Shown one piece after another: positions 7,989-17,826 of a DNA stretch of 40,359 bases. The notes beneath the pieces were generated by a model that was not told where the DNA came from, searched no databases, and worked only from the letters and a program-made list of their open reading frames with translations. This DNA comes from a bacterium (GTDB lineage: Bacteria > SZUA-79 > Acidulodesulfobacterales > Acidulodesulfobacteraceae): NCBI GenBank assembly GCA_021828255.1, contig JAKASB010000003.1, positions 1 to 40,359 on the forward strand. The letters run 5' to 3'. Each line of letters starts with the position of its first letter. Positions within the stretch are counted from its first letter, which is position 1. Position numbers and translations under genes: made by a program.

Positions 7989-10054
7989 AAAGTCTCTTTT
8001 ATGGAAAGTTTTATTTTGCCCGCCCTGTCCACATCTAAAACCTTAACTTTTACTTCGTCGCCTTCTTTTAAAACGTCTGAGACTTTTTCTACTCTCTTAC
8101 TATCTATCTGTGAAATATGAACAAGTCCGTCCGTCCCGGGAAATATCTCCACGAAAGCTCCAAAATCCATTATTTTTCTGACTTTGCCGAAATAAATCTT
8201 GCCGATTTCCGCCTCCTGAGTTATGTCGTTTATCATAGCGACGGCAAGCTTTAAAGATTCGCCGTTTGAAGAAGAAATAGTAACCTTTCCGGAATCTTCT
8301 ATATCGACCTTTGCGCCGGTTTTTTCTATTATACCCTTAATAACTTTTCCGCCGGACCCGATAACTTCCCTGACTTTTTCCGGCTTAACCATCATAGTGA
8401 CGATTCTCGGGGCATTTTTTGCTATATCTTTTCTGGGTTCGGTTATCGACTGAAGCATTATATTAAGTATATGTATCCGGCCTTCTTTTGCCTGCGAAAG
8501 GGCATTCCTTAAAATCTCTTTAGTAACTCCGGAAATTTTAATGTCCATCTGTAAAGCGGTTACACCTTTAGCAGTTCCAGCTACTTTAAAATCCATATCT
8601 CCTAAATGATCTTCATCGCCTAAAATATCGGAAAGGATTGCGACTTTATCTCCTTCTTTTATGAGCCCCATTGCTATTCCGGCAACCGGAGCCTTTATGG
8701 GGACGCCTGCATCCATCAAAGATAAAGTGCCTCCGCAAATCGTAGCCTGAGAAGAAGAACCGTTAGACTCGAGTATTTCGGATACTAATCTTATAGTATA
8801 AGGAAATTCTTCTGCTGATGGAATTACATATCTGAGCGCTTTTTCGCCCAGCGACCCATGTCCTATTTCTCTCCTGCCAGGAGACTTTAAAGGAGCAACC
8901 TCGCCTACGGAAAAAGGAGGAAAATTATAATGCAGCATAAATCTTTTGGTCGATTCTTTCTCCGGAGCGTCTATAATCTGTTCGTCAAATTTAGTTCCTA
9001 AAGTGGTAACGACGAGAGACTGGGTCTCTCCGCGGGTGAAAATGGCGCTTCCGTGAGCCATAGGAAGTTCACCTACGGAACAGCTAACCGGTCTAATATC
9101 TCTAAGCCCTCTTCCGTCTATCCTTAAACCGTCGCTAATTATTTTGCTTCTCAATATATTTTTTTGAATAGATTCCAAAATATGACCTATTATCCCTTCC
9201 TGCCCGGGATAAGATTCTTGAAGCAGTTCGATAACCTTGGCATTTAAGTTTTCAATCCTTTCGTTTCTCTCTAACTTTGCAGAAATTTGGAAGGCATTTG
9301 ATAAATCGTCGTAGGAAAGCTCTTTAACTCTTTCATATAATCCTTCCGGTATTTTAATTTCTTCCGGCACGGCTTTATTAATGCTCATTTCCGAAAGAAT
9401 TTTATTTTGGAATTCGATTAATTCTATAATTTTATTATGTCCGAATTCTATCGCCGAAATAAGATCTTCCTCGTCTAATTCGTTAAAGCTTCCTTCAACC
9501 ATCGTTATCGCATCTTTTGAACCGGCAACTATAAGAAAAGTGTCGCCGGCTTCGAGTTCTTTATAAGTCGGATTCGCAATGAAATTGCCGTTTACCCTTG
9601 CAATTCTAACGCCTGCGGTAGGTCCGCCGAAAGGGGCTTCGGACAGCATTAAAGAAAATGAAACGCCTAACATTGCCGCCATATCCGGATCATTTTCGTT
9701 ATCCATAGAAACCACGGTGGCTATTATCTGCGTATCAAAAAAGTAATTATCCGAAAAAAGGGGTCTTATCGGCCTGTCTAAGAATCTGGAAGTCAAAACC
9801 TCTTTTTCAGTCGGTCTTGCCTCTCTTTTAAAAAAACCGCCCGGTATTTTTCCCGCAGAATAATATTTCTCTACGTAATTCACGGTAAGAGGCAGAAAAT
9901 CCGTTCCTTCCTTTATTTTTTTATTTAAACACGTTGTAACAAGAACCTTTGTATCCCCTATCGTAACCAATGCGCTTCCGGATGCTTGCTTGGCAAGCCT
10001 GCCCGTTTCGATAGTTATTTTTTTACCGTCAAACATTAGAGTATTGCTTATCAT
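7985..10054 (-). CDS. pnp: Polyribonucleotide nucleotidyltransferase (PNPase)
   Basis: 689 aa with two RNase PH-like halves, a KH region and a C-terminal S1 domain (IGKIYFGKVRKIMDFGAFVEIFPGTDGLVHISQI). An SD-like GGAG lies upstream, and the gene is downstream of rpsO as in most bacteria. Confidence 0.95.
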   Translation of the reverse strand: MISNTLMFDGKKITIETGRLAKQASGSALVTIGDTKVLVTTCLNKKIKEGTDFLPLTVNYVEKYYSAGKIPGGFFKREARPTEKEVLTSRFLDRPIRPLFSDNYFFDTQIIATVVSMDNENDPDMAAMLGVSFSLMLSEAPFGGPTAGVRIARVNGNFIANPTYKELEAGDTFLIVAGSKDAITMVEGSFNELDEEDLISAIEFGHNKIIELIEFQNKILSEMSINKAVPEEIKIPEGLYERVKELSYDDLSNAFQISAKLERNERIENLNAKVIELLQESYPGQEGIIGHILESIQKNILRSKIISDGLRIDGRGLRDIRPVSCSVGELPMAHGSAIFTRGETQSLVVTTLGTKFDEQIIDAPEKESTKRFMLHYNFPPFSVGEVAPLKSPGRREIGHGSLGEKALRYVIPSAEEFPYTIRLVSEILESNGSSSQATICGGTLSLMDAGVPIKAPVAGIAMGLIKEGDKVAILSDILGDEDHLGDMDFKVAGTAKGVTALQMDIKISGVTKEILRNALSQAKEGRIHILNIMLQSITEPRKDIAKNAPRIVTMMVKPEKVREVIGSGGKVIKGIIEKTGAKVDIEDSGKVTISSSNGESLKLAVAMINDITQEAEIGKIYFGKVRKIMDFGAFVEIFPGTDGLVHISQIDSKRVEKVSDVLKEGDEVKVKVLDVDRAGKIKLSIKETL

Positions 10055-10115
10055 CTTGTCTCCTATTAAATCTAATTAACTTGCTTTTAAGAAAAATTAA
10101 TTTATCGTTTTCGTT

Positions 10116-10385
10116 TTATTTGCGAAGATCAAGAGCTTCGATTAGAGATTTATATCTTGCTTCATCCTTGCTTTTTAAATAATCAAGAAGGTGCCTTCTT
10201 TTTGAAACCATTTTTAAAAGACCTCTTCTTGAATGATGGTCTTTGGCAAACTTTTTAAAATGTTCCGACAACAAATTAATCCGGTATGTAAGCAGTGAAA
10301 CCTGCACCTCTACCGAACCGGAATCGTTATTATGGGTCTTGAATTTCTTGATTATTGCATTTTTTTCTTCTTTCGAAATAGGCAT
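10116..10385 (-). CDS. rpsO: 30S ribosomal protein S15
   Basis: 89 aa with the typical S15 sequence ([21 protein letters not shown]) and a strong SD (GGGGG) upstream. Confidence 0.95.
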   Translation of the reverse strand: MPISKEEKNAIIKKFKTHNNDSGSVEVQVSLLTYRINLLSEHFKKFAKDHHSRRGLLKMVSKRRHLLDYLKSKDEARYKSLIEALDLRK

Positions 10386-10440
10386 TTAATTGAACCCCCT
10401 TAAGGATATGTTTTAGTTAGGTTATATATTTTAATTTTAT

Positions 10441-11181
10441 TTAATTAATGCTGCAGGTGCGAATATCGGAAGCATTATTAATATGTATTAGATTCAGGGT
10501 TATGAAATCAGGACCTTTTTCAAGCAATTCCAACGGCAGTGCTTCAGAAATATCGAACCCGCCTGCGCTTGTCCTTTGAAGGCTGTAAAGATGCGCCGGA
10601 ATAGCAAATTTATCCATTATATCCTGAGCAATTGCCCTTACGTAGGTTCCTTTTGAAACAGTGCATTTGAAATCTATAAAAGGATTTTGGTGCGATTTGA
10701 CTTCAAAATTATAAATTTTAACTACGGATGTAGGATTTTCCAGAATTACGTCGATATTTTTTCTTGCATATTTATATAAAGGAACCCCTTTATATTTTCT
10801 GGCGCTGAAAGCCGGTATTTTTTGGATAAAATCTCCCTTTAAATTATTTAGATAACGGATTACGCCGTCCATTTCCGAACCTAACACGTCTCTTCCGCCG
10901 TTTTGGCGGCCCGTGATATCGAGAGTATCGGTGCTTACGCCTAATTTAAGAGTCCCTTCGTAAGATTTCGGAAGATTAACGAGGCTGTCCTGAAGCTTCG
11001 TGGCTTTGTTTAAAAGAACGGGGAGCACTCCCGTCGCAAACGGATCCAAAGTTCCTGCATGACCTACCTTGGAGCAGTTAAGCTCTTTTTTTATTAAGGA
11101 ATCTACTTTAAACGAGGTTATATCTTTAGGCTTGTCTATGACTAAAATCCCGCTTATACTATCATTTATATCTTTCTTCAT
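10441..11181 (-). CDS. truB: tRNA pseudouridine(55) synthase
   Basis: 246 aa with the catalytic-Asp motif GHAGTLDPFATGVLPV, in the conserved rbfA-truB-rpsO neighbourhood. Confidence 0.9.
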   Translation of the reverse strand: MKKDINDSISGILVIDKPKDITSFKVDSLIKKELNCSKVGHAGTLDPFATGVLPVLLNKATKLQDSLVNLPKSYEGTLKLGVSTDTLDITGRQNGGRDVLGSEMDGVIRYLNNLKGDFIQKIPAFSARKYKGVPLYKYARKNIDVILENPTSVVKIYNFEVKSHQNPFIDFKCTVSKGTYVRAIAQDIMDKFAIPAHLYSLQRTSAGGFDISEALPLELLEKGPDFITLNLIHINNASDIRTCSIN

Positions 11182-11212
11182 AATTATATTCGAACTATTC
11201 TATTATATTATT

Positions 11213-12337
11213 CTATATTATTTCGCTGCAATATTTATATACTTCATTTTTAATTTCGCTTATATCGCCGCCTACTTTGCATCCTGCCGCAAATTTATGT
11301 CCGCCGCCGCCAAACTTTTCCGCGACATATGCAACGTTCGCATAACTCTTAGACCGAAAACTCAATCTGTACTGGTTTAAGCCTGTTTCTCTAAAGAATA
11401 TTGCTATCTCTACTCCCTGAATCGACCTCGGATAGTTTACAAAATTTTCATATAAGCCGTTAATCATGTTTCCGTCCCCTTTTTTCAAGACGTCTTCTAT
11501 CATTTTTTTGGTTCCGATCATAGAGGCAACTTTTCCGTTTAAGGAAAATTCAAGCGTGTTTAAACTTTTGCCCAGCAAAAAATACATCTCGGCCGGTTTT
11601 GTTTCAAAAAGCTCCGTGGCTATTTTAGCAGGGTCTAAATTATACTCGTTTAAAACGGAACATATATAAAAAGACCTTTTATTTGCCGAAGAATAATGAA
11701 AAGAACCCGTATCGGTCAAAATAGATGTATATAAAGACAAAGCAATGTCGTCGTTTATAAACGATAATATTTTTTTTCTTTCTTCTATGTCGCAGGGAAT
11801 AAGTTCGCCCGATTTATCTCCAAGAAAATTATCGTAAGGGGAATAGGCAATATTATTTACATAGGCTCCGTATGCCAAAAAAAGATAGAAAAGAACTTCT
11901 CCTGTAGAACTTGCATCGGGCAGTATGATGTTTGAATGTCCGAAAAAGGTATTTGTAAAATGATGATCAATATTAATTATTCTGTTTATACCGGAGAGTT
12001 GTTCGTGGTTAACCCCGATACGGGAAAATTCGCCGCAATCTACGACTATAAGTAAATCTATGGGTTCTTTAGGAAACTCGTTTAAAAATTTGTCAACCCA
12101 CGGTAAAAATTTTAAATTATTTGGTATCTGGTCTTTATCGTATAAATAAACGTCTTTATCTAATGCCTTTAAAAAAAGACCGGTTGCTATAACTGAACTT
12201 ACGGCATCGCCTTCCGGATTTTCATGTGTCGCTATAAGGACTTTTTTAGACGTTTCTATAATCCGGAATATATCATTGGTAAAACCACTTAAAGCTTTTA
12301 AATCCGAAACCGAATATTCTTTTTTTATTGATATCAT
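11213..12337 (-). CDS. DHH/DHHA1 family phosphoesterase (NrnA-like oligoribonuclease/pAp phosphatase)
   Basis: 374 aa with DHH motifs (HENPEGDAVSS, VVDCG, NIDHHFTN) and the DHHA1 motif FGGGGHKFAAG. Confidence 0.8.
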   Translation of the reverse strand: MISIKKEYSVSDLKALSGFTNDIFRIIETSKKVLIATHENPEGDAVSSVIATGLFLKALDKDVYLYDKDQIPNNLKFLPWVDKFLNEFPKEPIDLLIVVDCGEFSRIGVNHEQLSGINRIINIDHHFTNTFFGHSNIILPDASSTGEVLFYLFLAYGAYVNNIAYSPYDNFLGDKSGELIPCDIEERKKILSFINDDIALSLYTSILTDTGSFHYSSANKRSFYICSVLNEYNLDPAKIATELFETKPAEMYFLLGKSLNTLEFSLNGKVASMIGTKKMIEDVLKKGDGNMINGLYENFVNYPRSIQGVEIAIFFRETGLNQYRLSFRSKSYANVAYVAEKFGGGGHKFAAGCKVGGDISEIKNEVYKYCSEII

Positions 12338-12368
12338 ATAATGTAATGTTTAATATTATTTACCGGTT

Positions 12369-12716
12369 TTATTGTTTTATAGAATTATATTCATTTATAA
12401 TTGTGTTGATATCAAAGGCCTTCTGCAACCCGCCATAATATTCAAATCTAATTTCCGGCACTATCCTCAAAAGAACCTTAGAAAAAACAATTTTTTTAAT
12501 AAAATTTTTAGAGCTTTCAAAACCGCTTAATGCTTTTTTTATTTCTTTTTCCGAACCAATTACGCTGAAAAATATTTTACAGAATTTCAAGTCCTTTGAA
12601 ATTTCCGCGCTTATAATAGTAACGTTTTTCAATCTGGCGTCGTTTACTTCAAATTTCAAACACAAAGAAACTTCTCTTGCGATCAGTTCGGCTACCCTTT
12701 TATTTCTTTCTATCAA
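12369..12716 (-). CDS. rbfA: Ribosome-binding factor A
   Basis: 115 aa. Size, position directly after infB, and an RbfA-like N-terminal pattern (RVAELIAREVS...DARLKNVTIISAEISKDLKFCKIFF) support the call. Confidence 0.85.
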   Translation of the reverse strand: MIERNKRVAELIAREVSLCLKFEVNDARLKNVTIISAEISKDLKFCKIFFSVIGSEKEIKKALSGFESSKNFIKKIVFSKVLLRIVPEIRFEYYGGLQKAFDINTIINEYNSIKQ

Positions 12717-12745
12717 TTTATTAGCCTTCCTTTACTTTATAAACA

Positions 12746-15076
12746 TTACACATTGCCGGCCGAAGGTTCCAGCGTCTGTTTAATATATTCTATATCGTAA
12801 GCTTCTATGACGTCCCCTATTTTTATATCGTTAAAATTTTCAAGCAGGATTCCGCATTCAAAGTTTGCCTGAACTTCTTTTGCGTCTTCTTTAAATCTTT
12901 TTAATGAATTTATATGTCCCGTATATATTACAACATTATCCCTTAAAAGTCTGACGTTGGACGACCTTCTAATAAATCCGTTTAATACAAACGACCCGGC
13001 AACTGTTCCTGACTTAGGAACGTTAAAAACGTTCCTAACTTCCGCCTTGCCGGTAATTTTTTCTTTTTCTATAGGAGCAAGTAAACCCTCCATTGCGTCT
13101 TTTATATCTTTTACCGCATCATAAATAATGCTGTAGTACCTGATTTCTATTCCTTCGGCTTCGCTTAAGGCTAAAGCCTTAGACTCCGGGCGTACATTAA
13201 AGGCAATAATTATAGAATTAGTAGCTTTTGCCAGCATAACGTCGCTTTCGGTAATTGCCGATGCCCCGCTGTGTATTATATTGACTTTTACCTTAGGATT
13301 GGAAAGTTTTTTAAAGGACTGTATTAATGCTTCCATGGATCCGTAAACATCGGTTTTAACGATTAATCTAAGCTCTTTTACGTCGCCGGATTTAATCTTT
13401 TCGTATAATCCTTCGAGAGTAAGCCTTGCATTGGAGCTCAACTCGACTTCTCTGCGCTTCAGCTGTCTTTCAATGCTTATCCTTTTTGCTTCTTTCTCGT
13501 CTTTCAGCACGATAAAATTGTCTCCTGGAGACACAACACCTTCCAAACCGAATATTTCGACTGGAGTAGACGGACCAGCCGTTTCAACCTTATTTCCCTT
13601 GTAATCCAGCATTGCCCTGACTTTAACGTAATACAAACCGCATACCGCGCTGTCGTTCACCTTCAAAGTACCGCTCTGAATTAAAACGGTAGCTACCGGT
13701 CCCCTTCCTTTATCGAGCTTTGCTTCGATAACGGTTCCCCTTGCCGGCTTATCGGGATTTGCTTTTAATTCTAATATTTCAGATTGAAGTATGATAAGTT
13801 CAAGAAGTTCTTTTATTCCCGCGCCTGTTTTGGCAGAAACGTTTGCATAGAGGGTCGTCCCACCCAACTCCTCAGAAACAAGGCCATATTCCAGAAGGCT
13901 GTTTTTAATTTTGGCTGGATTGGCGCCCGGCTTATCTATTTTATTTATTGCAACAATAATAGGAACATTGGCGGCTTTAGCATGGTTAATAGCTTCTATC
14001 GTCTGAGTCATGACTCCGTCATCCGCCGCAACCACAAGAACTACTATATCGGTTATACCCGCGCCTCTTGCCCTCATTTCCGTAAATGCTTCATGACCGG
14101 GGGTATCGAGAAAAGTAATCATAGAATCGTCTATCTTAACGCTGTATGCGCCTATGTGCTGCGTTATTCCGCCGGCTTCGTTAGACGTAACGTTTGTTTT
14201 TCTTATGGCATCGAGCAGTGAAGTCTTGCCGTGGTCAACGTGACCCATAACCGTAACTACCGGAGCTCTCGGCAAAAGCGATTCTTCCGCGTCAACGGAT
14301 TCTTCCAGCGCTATCGCCTCGTTAAAGCTGACGTTTTCTACGGTATATCCGTACTCGGAAGCGATAAGGGAAACCGCGTCTATGTCTATTATATTGTTTA
14401 TAGTAACTATTATGCCGACGTCCATTAATTTTTTTATAACTTCGGACGCTTTGACTCCGATAGACTGGGACAATTCGTTTACGGTTATGCCGCTGCTTAT
14501 TTTAATTACTTTCTTGGACGCTTTTTTTTCCGGAACTATCTGTTGGACGCGCTTGGGCTGTTTATGAAACTTGCCGCCGAATTTTCTTTTATGTTTCCTG
14601 AAAATAAACGATTCCCCTTCCTCGGACGTATCTATAAACTTTTCGTTTTTAGAAAATTTAGCTTGAGGACCTTTCTTCATCTCTTCTTTTTTGACGGGTT
14701 TTTTATGGGAAGCGGATTCGACCGCTTCTTCCGCCAAACTTTTAACTTTCAGCGTATCTAGCGTATTTAGGGTTTTTATTACGCTAAGAACATCCGGCTT
14801 TTGAGCTTCTTCTTTTTTGCCGCCCCTTTTTAATTTAACAACGTTTTCTTTTACCTTCCGGAGTTTTTCTTCTACGGCAACAAGCTGCTGCGGCTCCGGT
14901 TTTTTAAACCCCTTAATTTCCGAAGTATTTTTAGTGCCGGTTAAAACTCCGGCCGGCTCTAAGAACTTTGCGCTATTTTCCGGCGCCGGCTCAACTAAGT
15001 TTTCTTTAGTTTCTTCAGGTTCCGTCCTGCTCGCCCTTCTCCTGATAACTCCCTTAGAAACCCTTCTTTCTTCCAT
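12746..15076 (-). CDS. infB: Translation initiation factor IF-2
   Basis: 776 aa with GTPase motifs GHVDHGKTSLLD, DTPGHEAF and NKID, and a basic low-complexity N-terminal region. It lies downstream of nusA. Confidence 0.95.
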   Translation of the reverse strand: MEERRVSKGVIRRRASRTEPEETKENLVEPAPENSAKFLEPAGVLTGTKNTSEIKGFKKPEPQQLVAVEEKLRKVKENVVKLKRGGKKEEAQKPDVLSVIKTLNTLDTLKVKSLAEEAVESASHKKPVKKEEMKKGPQAKFSKNEKFIDTSEEGESFIFRKHKRKFGGKFHKQPKRVQQIVPEKKASKKVIKISSGITVNELSQSIGVKASEVIKKLMDVGIIVTINNIIDIDAVSLIASEYGYTVENVSFNEAIALEESVDAEESLLPRAPVVTVMGHVDHGKTSLLDAIRKTNVTSNEAGGITQHIGAYSVKIDDSMITFLDTPGHEAFTEMRARGAGITDIVVLVVAADDGVMTQTIEAINHAKAANVPIIVAINKIDKPGANPAKIKNSLLEYGLVSEELGGTTLYANVSAKTGAGIKELLELIILQSEILELKANPDKPARGTVIEAKLDKGRGPVATVLIQSGTLKVNDSAVCGLYYVKVRAMLDYKGNKVETAGPSTPVEIFGLEGVVSPGDNFIVLKDEKEAKRISIERQLKRREVELSSNARLTLEGLYEKIKSGDVKELRLIVKTDVYGSMEALIQSFKKLSNPKVKVNIIHSGASAITESDVMLAKATNSIIIAFNVRPESKALALSEAEGIEIRYYSIIYDAVKDIKDAMEGLLAPIEKEKITGKAEVRNVFNVPKSGTVAGSFVLNGFIRRSSNVRLLRDNVVIYTGHINSLKRFKEDAKEVQANFECGILLENFNDIKIGDVIEAYDIEYIKQTLEPSAGNV

Positions 15077-15101
15077 TTTTTTTCCTTTTCCCTGAATTCT
15101 C

Positions 15102-16397
15102 TTAGATAATATCTTTTTCTATTTTTTCTTTAAGTTCTATATCTGATTTTACCTTATCTAAATATCCATTTGCCGAGTTAATAATCTTCTCGGCTTTTTT
15201 TACATCGACGGAAATACCTTTGGCCAATCTGCCTGCATCCGCATTAACTATATCGTTCACCGAAACATAACCGTTTTGATACAAAAGCTTCGCCGTAATT
15301 TCTCCTACTCCTGGTATATCCATAAGTTCTTTATAAGCATTTTTATCCTTTGCGCTGATCTTAGATTCGCTTAAAATGTCTATTTTATAACCTGTAATTT
15401 TTGCGGCAAGCCTTACATTTTGACCCTGTTTGCCTATTGCAAGCGCAAGCTGGTCATCCGGAACTATAACGGTAATCGATTTTATATCTTCATTAACTAT
15501 AATATTTGAAACTTCAACGGAACTTAAAGCGCTTACAACAAATTTATCGGGATTATCCGAATAAGGTATAATATCTATTTTTTCGCCTCTAAGTTCGTTG
15601 GTTATACTCTGTATTCTGATTCCCCTCATTCCCACGCAGGCGCCTACAGGATCGATATCTTTATTGGTGGTCGCTACCGCAATTTTAGACCTGAATCCCG
15701 GCGCTCTGGCAACCCTCACTATTTTAACTGTTCCATCGTATATTTCCGGAACCTCGGTCTCAAAAAGTTTAATTAAGAACTCGTCCGATGCGCGGGAAAG
15801 AATAAGTTTTGGTCCGCCTCTTTCCATTTTAATATTAGACAATACTGCTCTTATTCTGTCGTGCGGTCTGTATGTTTCGCTGAATATCTGCTCCTGCCTC
15901 GGTAAAATAGCCTCAGTTTTTCCAAGATCTACGATTATCATCGACTTTTCGACCTTTCTGACAAGCCCGCTGACTATATCTCCTTTCCGCTCGTTAAATT
16001 CGTTAAAAATATTTTTATACTCTATTTCTTTTATTTTTTGAAATATAATCTGTTTTGCGACCTGCGCTTCTATTCTTCCATAAATATCTTTTTCTACCTT
16101 AAGTCCCAGACTGTCTCCGGTAATGGCATCTGGATCAACCTTCAGCGCTTCTTCGAGGGATATTTCCGTTTTGACGTTCTTAACCTCATCTACTACCTGT
16201 TTAAACATAAAAACCTCAATCTCTCCGGTTTCTTCGGTAAAATGAGCTTCTAAGTCATAACTCTGACCAAGATTTTTTCTGGCAATAGCAAGAATAGCCT
16301 GTTCCAGAGCCTCTACCACTAAATACCTTTCGATATTTTTATCCTTAGATACTTGGTCTATCACCGGATTCAAATCGTTTATAATAATTTGAGGCAC
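15102..16397 (-). CDS. nusA: Transcription termination/antitermination factor NusA
   Basis: 431 aa with N-terminal, S1 and two KH regions (GACVGMRGIRIQSI, AIGKQGQNVRLA) plus a C-terminal helix-hairpin-helix (IPGVGEITAKLL). It uses a GTG start with AAGGAG 7 nt upstream. Confidence 0.95.
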   Translation of the reverse strand: MPQIIINDLNPVIDQVSKDKNIERYLVVEALEQAILAIARKNLGQSYDLEAHFTEETGEIEVFMFKQVVDEVKNVKTEISLEEALKVDPDAITGDSLGLKVEKDIYGRIEAQVAKQIIFQKIKEIEYKNIFNEFNERKGDIVSGLVRKVEKSMIIVDLGKTEAILPRQEQIFSETYRPHDRIRAVLSNIKMERGGPKLILSRASDEFLIKLFETEVPEIYDGTVKIVRVARAPGFRSKIAVATTNKDIDPVGACVGMRGIRIQSITNELRGEKIDIIPYSDNPDKFVVSALSSVEVSNIIVNEDIKSITVIVPDDQLALAIGKQGQNVRLAAKITGYKIDILSESKISAKDKNAYKELMDIPGVGEITAKLLYQNGYVSVNDIVNADAGRLAKGISVDVKKAEKIINSANGYLDKVKSDIELKEKIEKDII

Positions 16398-16447
16398 CTT
16401 AATACTCCTTAATTTTATTAATTTAATATTTAATATTATATAATATA

Positions 16448-16927
16448 TTATACGATTAATAAATTTCCTTTCTTTATATCACAAAAGCTGACTGCCCGCG
16501 GTTTTTTCTCTATTTCGTCAAAAATCGTAATGCCCGAATTTTCGTCTTCACCGTATGCACCTGTTATTTCCCCTATTAGGTTCATTCTGCCTTCTATTTT
16601 ATTTTTTAACGCTATTTTTACTCTTTTACCTATATATTTTTTATAATCGTTAAATTTTAAAAGCACTCTGTTTATGCCCGGAGACGAAACTTCAAGGGTG
16701 TATTTAAATTTTACAACGTCTTTAACGTCTAAAATCATGCTCAATTCTTTAGATATCTCGGATAACGCCGATATATCTACTCCTTTATCCGCATCGATAT
16801 ATACTCTTAAAATAGCGCCGCTATTCTTTCTTGCAGGGAAAAATACCGCCCCTACAAGATAACATCCGTAATACGGCGCTATATCTTCGATAATTTTTTC
16901 TATATCTTTTATTAAATTTTCATGCAT
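16448..16927 (-). CDS. rimP: Ribosome maturation factor RimP
   Basis: It carries the LEVSSPGINRVL motif and sits directly upstream of nusA. The ORF track starts at GTG 16954, but those 9 codons overlap a hairpin plus T-run. ATG at 16925-16927 (MHENLIKDIEK) fits the usual RimP N-terminus better. Confidence 0.85.
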   Translation of the reverse strand: MHENLIKDIEKIIEDIAPYYGCYLVGAVFFPARKNSGAILRVYIDADKGVDISALSEISKELSMILDVKDVVKFKYTLEVSSPGINRVLLKFNDYKKYIGKRVKIALKNKIEGRMNLIGEITGAYGEDENSGITIFDEIEKKPRAVSFCDIKKGNLLIV

Positions 16928-16928
16928 A

Positions 16929-16958
16929 AAACAAAAAAAGCGGGTATAACCCACTTTT
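16929..16958 (-). terminator. Weak intrinsic-terminator-like hairpin plus T-tract in the rimP-nusA leader (or truA terminator)
   Basis: The minus strand reads AAAAGTGGG-ttata-CCCGCTTTTTTTGTTTT. The core stem is 5 bp including one G-U pair, extendable by A-U pairs, and is followed by 7 T. It ends 1-2 nt before the rimP ATG. Confidence 0.35.
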
Positions 16959-17008
16959 ATATAAAAAACCTGGCGTAAAATCTTTTTTATATACTATCTA
17001 TATATAAA

Positions 17009-17037
17009 ATTATAAATAAAATTTAATAAAATATCAA
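17009..17037 (-). promoter_or_regulatory. Candidate sigma70 promoter for rimP-nusA-infB
   Basis: Minus strand: TTGATA (17032-17037), an exactly 17-nt spacer, and TATAAT (17009-17014). The -35 overlaps the truA stop codon (17034-17036). Confidence 0.45.
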
Positions 17038-17810
17038 CAATAAATTTTATGCCTGTATCTTACCGAGTATAAAAAAAGCCCGCAGGAAGGCGCGCATGCA
17101 ATATTAATATTATAGGTGTGATTTTCTCCTTTTAGCATACCTGTTAAATGATTTATATTTATTTTTCCTGTTCCGCATAAAATTAAGGCTCCCACGATCC
17201 TTCTAACCATATGTCTTAAAAAACCCTCTCCTTCTATAAATATGTCGAACCCATAATTTTTACGGCAGATTTCTATTGCGGTAATAACTCTGTAATAGCT
17301 CGCAGACCTTTTTTCCTTTTCTTTTTTTACGAAATTAAAAAAATTATTCTTTCCTAAAAAAATACTTGCGGATTCATTCATGAGATTTATGTTTAATTCT
17401 TCTTTAATAAACCATGACCTGCCCAACAATAGCGGACTTCTGAATCCTGAATTTATTTTATAAAGATAAGTTTTTGAAAGAGTATCGTGGGTCGCATGAA
17501 ACGCATTATGTACTATTTCCATATTTTTTACCGATATATCGGAAGGAAGAATACCGTTTAACACAATTTTAAATTTGTTTAAATCATAATAAAAAGGAAG
17601 TTTAAAGTTGACAATCTGATTGAAAGCGTGAACACCGGCATCGGTTCTTCCGGAAACAAATAATTTTACGTCAAGCTTCGTAATAATTTTTATAGCTTTC
17701 AGAATTTCGTTTGCTACAGTTTTATTTCCACCCGGCGCATTAACATTGTTTTGAAGCTGCCAGCCATTATAGTTTGTTCCGCAATATTCAAGAACCGCTA
17801 AATAATTCAT
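17034..17810 (-). CDS. truA: tRNA pseudouridine(38-40) synthase
   Basis: 258 aa with the catalytic motif GRTDAGVHA. Confidence 0.9.
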   Translation of the reverse strand: MNYLAVLEYCGTNYNGWQLQNNVNAPGGNKTVANEILKAIKIITKLDVKLFVSGRTDAGVHAFNQIVNFKLPFYYDLNKFKIVLNGILPSDISVKNMEIVHNAFHATHDTLSKTYLYKINSGFRSPLLLGRSWFIKEELNINLMNESASIFLGKNNFFNFVKKEKEKRSASYYRVITAIEICRKNYGFDIFIEGEGFLRHMVRRIVGALILCGTGKININHLTGMLKGENHTYNINIACAPSCGLFLYSVRYRHKIYC

Positions 17811-17826
17811 TAATTATTATCTATTA

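Noticed and set aside
11069-11380. 103-aa plus-strand ORF spanning the truB start and the DHH gene end
   Set aside because: It is antisense to two well-supported genes and is made of AT-rich Ile/Phe/Tyr runs.
13831-13847. Sigma54 -24/-12-like TGGCAG...TTTGCA
   Set aside because: The GG-to-GC spacing is one nt too long. It lies inside infB on the antisense strand.
13784-14221. 145-aa plus-strand ORF, together with similar antisense ORFs at 1657-2163, 3364-3552, 4697-5005, 7195-7440, 8223-8453, 9381-9566, 14231-15095, 15598-16253, 16674-16862, 19187-19384, 19752-19961, 21275-22078, 22309-22644, 23095-23301, 23801-23998, 24800-24991, 25293-25511, 27110-27485, 27890-28432, 28817-29023, 30186-30560, 32307-32489, 33066-33866, 35296-35663, 36147-36338, 37358-37594 and 38430-38802
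   Set aside because: All lie antisense to, and within, long ORFs that have clear family motifs. Their translations are low-complexity with no recognisable motifs, so they are shadow ORFs.
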